Shown: positions 36,233-41,620 of the stretch, piece by piece | How positions within the stretch are numbered: the stretch's first letter is position 1 | Layout: each line of letters opens with the position of its first letter | IMG/VR virus record: IMGVR_UViG_2713896897_000009 | From: a virus | Taxonomy: Duplodnaviria; Heunggongvirae; Uroviricota; Caudoviricetes | Length of the DNA: 41,620 bases | Reading direction: 5' to 3' (one strand) | The notes under the pieces: model-generated | The model's database searches: none | The model's input: the letters and a program-made list of their open reading frames with translations, nothing else | What the model was told of the DNA's origin: nothing | Translations under genes and position numbers: made by a program

Positions 36233-36278
36233 AGAAACCAACCGACCTTGCAGGGTCGATATGATGAGGAGCAGCAAA

Positions 36279-36641
36279 ATGGCTAGCGAACGCAGTACTG
36301 ATGTGCAGGCATTTATCGGGGAGCTGGACGGCGGCGTATTTGAAACCAAAATCGGCGCTGTTCTCAGTGAAGTCGCTTCAGGTGTGATGAACACGAAAAC
36401 CAAAGGGAAGGTCTCGCTCAACCTGGAAATCGAACCGTTTGATGAGAACCGTGTGAAAATAAAACACAAACTCTCATATGTTCGTCCGACTAACCGCGGG
36501 AAAATTTCCGAAGAAGACACCACCGAAACGCCGATGTATGTCAATCGCGGTGGTCGCCTGACTATTCTGCAGGAAGACCAGGGACAATTACTGACTCTTG
36601 CCGGTGAACCTGACGGAAAACTCCGCGCAGCAGGTCATTAA
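36279..36641 (+). CDS. Hypothetical 120-aa protein, first gene of the early-left operon
   Basis: ATG at 36279 with GAGGAG RBS; the longer ORF from 36048 runs through the structured leader and is unlikely to be translated. Confidence 0.55.
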   Translation: MASERSTDVQAFIGELDGGVFETKIGAVLSEVASGVMNTKTKGKVSLNLEIEPFDENRVKIKHKLSYVRPTNRGKISEEDTTETPMYVNRGGRLTILQEDQGQLLTLAGEPDGKLRAAGH

Positions 36642-36706
36642 TATCGTTCTTAATTAACTGATTATTTATCTCATCACTGAATATCCTTATATAGTGAGGA
36701 CTTATT

Positions 36707-37531
36707 ATGTCTCAGAACTTAGACGCAACCGCAATTAATCAAATCCATGCCCTTATTTCTGCTCAGGGTGTTAATGAAATTATTAGTAAGATTGGTGCCG
36801 ATGCTGTGGCATTGCCTGAGAATTTCCGCATTCATGATCTGGAAAAATTTAATTTAAATCGCTTCCGTTTCCGTGGTGCGCTTTCCACTGCCAGCATCGA
36901 TGACTTTACCCGTTATTCTAAAGATCTTGCAGATGAAGGCACCCGCTGCTTTATCGATGCCGATAATATGCGTGCCGTCAGTGTGCTTAACCTGGGTACT
37001 ATTGATGAACCAGGTCACGCAGATAACACCGCCACTCTCAAACTGAAAAAGACAGCACCGTTCTCTGCTCTGTTGTCTGTTAATGGCGAGCGTAACTCCC
37101 AAAAGTCACTGGCAGAATGGATTGAAGACTGGGCCGACTACCTTGTGGGCTTTGATGCTAATGGTGACGCCATTCAGGCAACCAAAGCGGCTGCGGCGAT
37201 CCGTAAAATCACAATTGAAGCGAACCAGACCGCTGATTTTGAAGACAATGACTTCAGCGGCAAACGCTCCCTGATGGAGTCTGTCGAAGCGAAGACCAAA
37301 GACATTATGCCAGTGGCATTTGAATTTAAATGCGTTCCGTTTGAAGGCCTGAAAGAACGTCCGTTTAAATTACGCCTCAGCATTATCACTGGCGATCGTC
37401 CTGTACTGGTTCTGCGCATTATTCAGCTGGAAGCGGTGCAGGAAGAAATGGCTAACGAATTTCGTGATCTGCTTGTTGAGAAATTTAAAGACAGCAAAGT
37501 AGAAACCTTTATTGGTACTTTCACCGCCTGA
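36707..37531 (+). CDS. DUF2303-like phage protein (resembles E. coli CPS-53 YfdQ as recalled)
   Basis: 274 aa; ATG at 36707 with GAGGA RBS; family assignment from memory only. Confidence 0.5.
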   Translation: MSQNLDATAINQIHALISAQGVNEIISKIGADAVALPENFRIHDLEKFNLNRFRFRGALSTASIDDFTRYSKDLADEGTRCFIDADNMRAVSVLNLGTIDEPGHADNTATLKLKKTAPFSALLSVNGERNSQKSLAEWIEDWADYLVGFDANGDAIQATKAAAAIRKITIEANQTADFEDNDFSGKRSLMESVEAKTKDIMPVAFEFKCVPFEGLKERPFKLRLSIITGDRPVLVLRIIQLEAVQEEMANEFRDLLVEKFKDSKVETFIGTFTA

Positions 37532-37658
37532 TTTCATTACTGCAAATGCCCCTGCGGGGGCATTTATGGAAACATAATTTACTCAATAATCGCCGGATGG
37601 TGAGGGCTTCCTTTTACCAGAATTCAGCGCGGTGCAGCGCATATACGTGGAGAACAAA

Positions 37659-38195
37659 ATGTCATTTATTAAAACTTTTTCCGGGAAGCATTTTTATTAT
37701 GACAAGATAAATAAAGACGACATCGTTATTAACGATATCGCGGTTTCCCTTTCAAATATCTGTCGCTTTGCAGGACATCTTTCACACTTCTACAGCGTCG
37801 CCCAACATGCGGTGCTTTGCAGCCAGCTGGTACCGCAGGAATTTGCTTTTGAAGCGTTAATGCATGATGCAACAGAAGCATATTGCCAGGACATCCCCGC
37901 ACCACTGAAACGCCTTCTTCCTGACTATAAACGGATGGAAGAAAAAATAGACGCCGTAATCCGTGAGAAATACGGGTTACCTCCTGTTATGAGCACGCCA
38001 GTGAAATATGCCGATCTCATTATGCTGGCAACCGAACGCCGCGATCTCGGGCTTGATGATGGTTCTTTCTGGCCTGTACTGGAAGGTATCCCGGCGACAG
38101 AGATGTTCAAAGTTATTCCACTGTCACCAGGCCATGCCTACGGGATGTTTATGGAACGTTTTAACGAGTTATCGGGGTTACGCAAATGCGCATGA
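37659..38195 (+). CDS. HD-domain phosphohydrolase (YfdR-like 5'-deoxynucleotidase family)
   Basis: ATG at 37659 with GGAG RBS; HD signature H..H (FAGHLSHFYSVAQHAV) and MHDATEAY. Confidence 0.7.
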   Translation: MSFIKTFSGKHFYYDKINKDDIVINDIAVSLSNICRFAGHLSHFYSVAQHAVLCSQLVPQEFAFEALMHDATEAYCQDIPAPLKRLLPDYKRMEEKIDAVIREKYGLPPVMSTPVKYADLIMLATERRDLGLDDGSFWPVLEGIPATEMFKVIPLSPGHAYGMFMERFNELSGLRKCA

Positions 38196-38773
38196 ATGTT
38201 TTCGAAATGGAAGGGTTTCTTCGCGGGAAATGTGTACCGCGAGATCTGAAAGTGAACGAAACAAACGCTGAGTACCTAGTGCGTAAATTTGCTGAAGCTG
38301 AGGCCAAGTGCGCGGCGCTGGCTGAACGTATCGAAGAGTTACAGACAAAACCTACGCCAGATTCGTTTGGCATCATCGGTGAAAATATTCGAACACAGGA
38401 TAATCGAATAACGTCAGACCCTATGTTTTGTGTGTATCAAAAGCGCGAAATTGTTGTTGATGCTGATTATGACTATGACCGGATTGTCTGGGTTGATGAA
38501 GATGGCAATGAAGCCAATAAACTCCAAAGTCGTCGTCTCGAACTACTTCATGAAAACTTTCGGGAACCACCAGAAAAATGGCGGCGCGTTGCTGTGAAAG
38601 ATATTGATGAATTCGTTACCTGCTGTTTCACCGAACAGGGTTGTAAAGACTACCTGGCAGCCAATGGTCACAATCTTCGCTTGCCATTTATATATGTAAA
38701 AAGCGGTTTCAGGAACGCTGAATATATCGGCATAAGAACCTGGCTTGCTGGCATTCGCATCAAAGGAGAGTGA
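38186..38773 (+). CDS. Hypothetical phage protein (195 aa)
   Basis: ORF overlapping the upstream stop by 10 nt; coiled-coil N-terminus; no recognisable catalytic motif. Confidence 0.5.
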   Translation: MRMNVFEMEGFLRGKCVPRDLKVNETNAEYLVRKFAEAEAKCAALAERIEELQTKPTPDSFGIIGENIRTQDNRITSDPMFCVYQKREIVVDADYDYDRIVWVDEDGNEANKLQSRRLELLHENFREPPEKWRRVAVKDIDEFVTCCFTEQGCKDYLAANGHNLRLPFIYVKSGFRNAEYIGIRTWLAGIRIKGE

Positions 38774-38774
38774 G

Positions 38775-38966
38775 ATGAACGGACAAATATCAATTGTTCG
38801 ACCAGGAGCATGTGACGATCGCGAAATACGAATGATTATTCGTCTGGCGATGGGGAAAACAATAACTGCTCTCATTACTCCAGAAAATCTCGCATTAGCA
38901 TTAACAGGAAAGTCAGACCTGCCAGTAGAGCTAAAGCTGCGAAATGTTGAGATTAAGGTGAAATAG
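38775..38966 (+). CDS. Hypothetical small protein (63 aa)
   Basis: ATG at 38775 with GGAG RBS, 2 nt after the upstream stop. Confidence 0.45.
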   Translation: MNGQISIVRPGACDDREIRMIIRLAMGKTITALITPENLALALTGKSDLPVELKLRNVEIKVK

Positions 38967-38968
38967 CT

Positions 38969-39559
38969 ATGACCACTTTTACCAATAGCAAACTAACAGA
39001 CGAATACGTTTCAAATGCAACGTTGATTCGGCTCATTCTGTGGGCTGACCAGCACAATAGCCATTATGTTGTAGCGGCTCTGCGCGAGCTACAGGAGCGC
39101 CGCAAGGCTGATAGTGCAGAACCTGTAAGCCAAACTTACAAGTTGCCAGTTAATACACCTTGCCAAGATGCGCCAGCCCATATCTGGCTGCAAACGGCTG
39201 GAGTATGGCCAGAAGATGGCGAGTTAAGCGAATTAACGTGGTGCAGCCACAATCAACACCATGATGACACGCTATATGTTCGAGCTGACCTTGTGAATGG
39301 CAACTATCCGGCAACTCCGGATGGTTGGATAAGCTGTAGTGAGCGAATGCCTGAAATGGGAGAGCGACAATGCTATGTGTTAGCAGCTGACTTTAAAAAC
39401 AACTACCCACCAAACATCCCCAACACTCAGGTCGGCGTATATGGCGACTGGTTTAATGATGGCAAGCCCACTTGGGATGACGGTGATGGCGAAGACCTGT
39501 ATCTCAAAGAGGTAACCCACTGGATGCAGCTACCAGAACCGCCGCAGGAGGTGAAATGA
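38969..39559 (+). CDS. DUF551-like phage protein
   Basis: C-terminal VTHWMQLPEPP motif typical of DUF551 as recalled. Confidence 0.55.
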   Translation: MTTFTNSKLTDEYVSNATLIRLILWADQHNSHYVVAALRELQERRKADSAEPVSQTYKLPVNTPCQDAPAHIWLQTAGVWPEDGELSELTWCSHNQHHDDTLYVRADLVNGNYPATPDGWISCSERMPEMGERQCYVLAADFKNNYPPNIPNTQVGVYGDWFNDGKPTWDDGDGEDLYLKEVTHWMQLPEPPQEVK

Positions 39560-39642
39560 TGAATTGGCCTGAAGCATTCACCGCAGTTGGAGTTGCAATA
39601 GCGGTGGCATTTATTCTGTATTCGCTTTTCCGCTGGGGATAA
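39556..39642 (+). CDS. Candidate 28-aa single-pass membrane peptide
   Basis: ATG ATG overlapping the upstream stop with AGGAGG 6 nt upstream; MMNWPEAFTAVGVAIAVAFILYSLFRWG. Confidence 0.35.
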   Translation: MMNWPEAFTAVGVAIAVAFILYSLFRWG

Positions 39643-39646
39643 AGGA

Positions 39647-39889
39647 ATGTTCGCTCTGATTCAACGTGGTCAGATATACACGGACAGAGCCGGATACCCT
39701 GTGGTGATTACTCGCAGTACTCAGCACTCAGTGTTCTTTCGACGCATGGACGGGCGCTCCGGACGGGTACGCATTGGTGAGTTCAACAACCTGTTCGAAC
39801 ATATTGACCAACAGGAGTACCGCAAAATTCTGGCGGGCACTGAGCAGGAAATGCGCCTGAAAAAATTACGCGTAATGCAACGGAGGTGA
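39647..39889 (+). CDS. Hypothetical protein (DUF4222-like as recalled)
   Basis: 80 aa; ATG at 39647 with AAAGGA RBS. Confidence 0.45.
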   Translation: MFALIQRGQIYTDRAGYPVVITRSTQHSVFFRRMDGRSGRVRIGEFNNLFEHIDQQEYRKILAGTEQEMRLKKLRVMQRR

Positions 39890-39892
39890 TAC

Positions 39893-40027
39893 ATGCATAC
39901 GGCTTTTGAGTTCTGGGTTCGCAAGACATTCGGCAATCGCTACGACCTGACCCGTGATGTCGACGGCTTCTACTGCCGTGAAGTTGTGAAACGAATGTTT
40001 GACGTGTGGTGCCACTGCCGTGGATGA
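39893..40027 (+). CDS. Candidate 44-aa Cys-rich small protein
   Basis: ATG at 39893 with GGAGGTG RBS; ..FYCREVVKRMFDVWCHCRG. Confidence 0.35.
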   Translation: MHTAFEFWVRKTFGNRYDLTRDVDGFYCREVVKRMFDVWCHCRG

Positions 40028-40045
40028 AAGTTTTATGAGGTTGGC

Positions 40046-40300
40046 ATGCAGACAATCATCTATCAGATAACCCCCAGCAAATGGTGTACGGAGAGAGTCC
40101 TTATTGCATCAACAGGGCTAAAGCCCGGCACCATCGAGCGGGCCAGAAGAAAGTCATGGATGCAGGGAAAAGAATACCGCCATTACGCTGTAGAAGGTGA
40201 TCCTGGGCATTACAGTGAATGCCTGTACAACATCGAAGAAATTATGCGATGGATCGAAAACCAGAAACAACCAGGTGCCAAAAATGCAAGTTCCGGTTAA
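40046..40300 (+). CDS. xis: Excisionase-like protein
   Basis: 84 aa directly upstream of int; KWCTERVLIASTGLKPGTIERARRKSW resembles excisionase-family DNA-binding proteins. Confidence 0.65.
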   Translation: MQTIIYQITPSKWCTERVLIASTGLKPGTIERARRKSWMQGKEYRHYAVEGDPGHYSECLYNIEEIMRWIENQKQPGAKNASSG

Positions 40301-40333
40301 CCTGTTAATGCTCCTGGACGTCTGGGAGGTTTA

Positions 40334-41620
40334 ATGAGTAACGCATCATACCCGACAGGCGTTGAAAACCATGGAGGATCACTCCGTATATGGTTTCACT
40401 ATAATGGCAAACGTGTCAGAGAAAACCTCGGTGTTCCTGACACAGCCAAAAACCGGAAGATCGCTGGTGAACTTCGCACTTCCGTTTGTTTTGCAATCAG
40501 AATGGGGAGTTTCGACTACGCCGCGCAGTTCCCTAATTCCCCTAACCTGAAACACTTTGGTCTGGGAAAAAGAGAGATAACCGTTAAGGCACTTTCGGAA
40601 AAATGGTTGGACCTTAAGAAAATTGAGATTTGTGCGAATGCACTTAACCGTTACCAGTCAGTAATTAAAAACATGTTACCAATGTTAGGTGAAAAAAAAC
40701 TGGTTTCATCCATAACAAAAGAGGATTTACTTTTCGTAAGGAGAGATTTGTTGACCGGTTACCAAAAGCTTTCTAATGGAAAGACTTCTTCCATAAAAGG
40801 GCGCTCAGTGGTCACGGTAAACTACTATATGACAACCATAGCTGGAATGTTTCAATTTGCAACAGATAATGGTTATACCTCAGGAAACCCATTTAACGGT
40901 CTGGCTCCCTTAAAAAAGTCCAAGGTAAAACCAGATCCTCTCACCCGTGACGAATTTATTCGTTTTATTGAGGCTTGCCGTCATCAACAAACAAAAAACC
41001 TGTGGATTCTCGCTGTATACACGGGTATTCGTCACGGGGAGTTGGTATCGCTGGCATGGGAAGATATAGACCTTAAAGCAAGGACTATAACCATCCGTAG
41101 AAATTATACAAAACTTGGCGAATTCACTCCACCAAAAACCGATGCAGGCACCGGAAGGACAATTCATCTGGTTCAACCAGCTATTGATGCTCTTAAAAGC
41201 CAGGCGGAAATGACCATGCTTGGAAAGCAACATTCTGTAGAGGTGAAGCAGAGGGAATATGGGAGAACTGCTGTGCATAAATGCACTTTTGTTTTTAGTC
41301 CTCAGGTAACAAAACAGCAGCAGTTGTCCGGACCTCACTACAAGGTTGACTCCATCAGGGAGTCATGGACAAGTATCTTAAAACGCGCAGGTCTGAGACA
41401 CAGAAAATCGTACCAATCCAGGCATACTTATGCATGCTGGTCACTTGCCGCAGGAGCTAATCCTAGTTTTATCGCAAGCCAGATGGGCCACACAAACGCA
41501 CAAATGGTATTCAATGTTTACGGAGCATGGATGAAAGACAACAATCACGAACAGATAGAACTCCTTAACAAAAGACTATCTGAAAGTGTCCCATGTATGC
41601 CCCATAAGAAAGCAGGGTAA
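40334..41620 (+). CDS. int: Tyrosine integrase (lambda Int family)
   Basis: 428 aa; GGGAGG RBS; catalytic-domain motifs TGIRHGEL, HxxR-like SRHTYACW, Tyr in VFNVYGAW; stop at the right window edge. Confidence 0.9.
   Translation: MSNASYPTGVENHGGSLRIWFHYNGKRVRENLGVPDTAKNRKIAGELRTSVCFAIRMGSFDYAAQFPNSPNLKHFGLGKREITVKALSEKWLDLKKIEICANALNRYQSVIKNMLPMLGEKKLVSSITKEDLLFVRRDLLTGYQKLSNGKTSSIKGRSVVTVNYYMTTIAGMFQFATDNGYTSGNPFNGLAPLKKSKVKPDPLTRDEFIRFIEACRHQQTKNLWILAVYTGIRHGELVSLAWEDIDLKARTITIRRNYTKLGEFTPPKTDAGTGRTIHLVQPAIDALKSQAEMTMLGKQHSVEVKQREYGRTAVHKCTFVFSPQVTKQQQLSGPHYKVDSIRESWTSILKRAGLRHRKSYQSRHTYACWSLAAGANPSFIASQMGHTNAQMVFNVYGAWMKDNNHEQIELLNKRLSESVPCMPHKKAG

Noticed and set aside
36048-36278. Long N-terminal extension (197-aa version) of the first early-left gene
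   Set aside because: The extension runs through the boxA-like motif and the long inverted repeat and encodes Cys/Arg/Pro-rich sequence; the internal ATG at 36279 has a strong GAGGAG RBS.

Overview
The window is an almost complete lambdoid prophage, most likely from E. coli or Shigella, with nearly all late and early-right genes on the minus strand. Reading the minus strand from high to low coordinate: cro, CII-like, Rha, replication, PerC-like, Dam-like methylase, a LexA DNA-binding-domain paralog, rusA, KilA-N, DUF968, Q, tR', a second methylase, three tRNAs (Ile-CAU, Arg-UCG, Arg-UCU), a 5'-truncated NanS-like esterase, a phage-21-type lysis cassette (pinholin, SAR endolysin, Ant, Rz/Rz1), a TonB-C-like lipoprotein, HNH, a cos-like repeat region, terS, terL, a protease-capsid fusion, portal, an internally repeated structural protein, HK97-like connectors, and lambda-like tail genes V, G, G-T, H, M, L, K, I and J. 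A sodC moron sits on the plus strand between I and J. cI, a long structured leader, an early-left operon (DUF2303, HD-domain nucleotidase, DUF551, small ORFs), xis and int are on the plus strand, with int ending at the right edge. The most interesting signal is a prophage-encoded LexA DNA-binding-domain paralog lacking the autoprotease domain, 270 bp upstream of a consensus SOS box that overlaps a promoter-like element in front of the KilA-N/DUF968/Q genes; a second SOS box lies inside cI. Other notable points are an iron-box-like operator on the TonB-C lipoprotein gene, a frameshifted J, an in-frame TAG splitting the terS region, and an empty stx-type insertion site. All calls rest on reading the sequence and on protein families recalled from memory; no database search was run.
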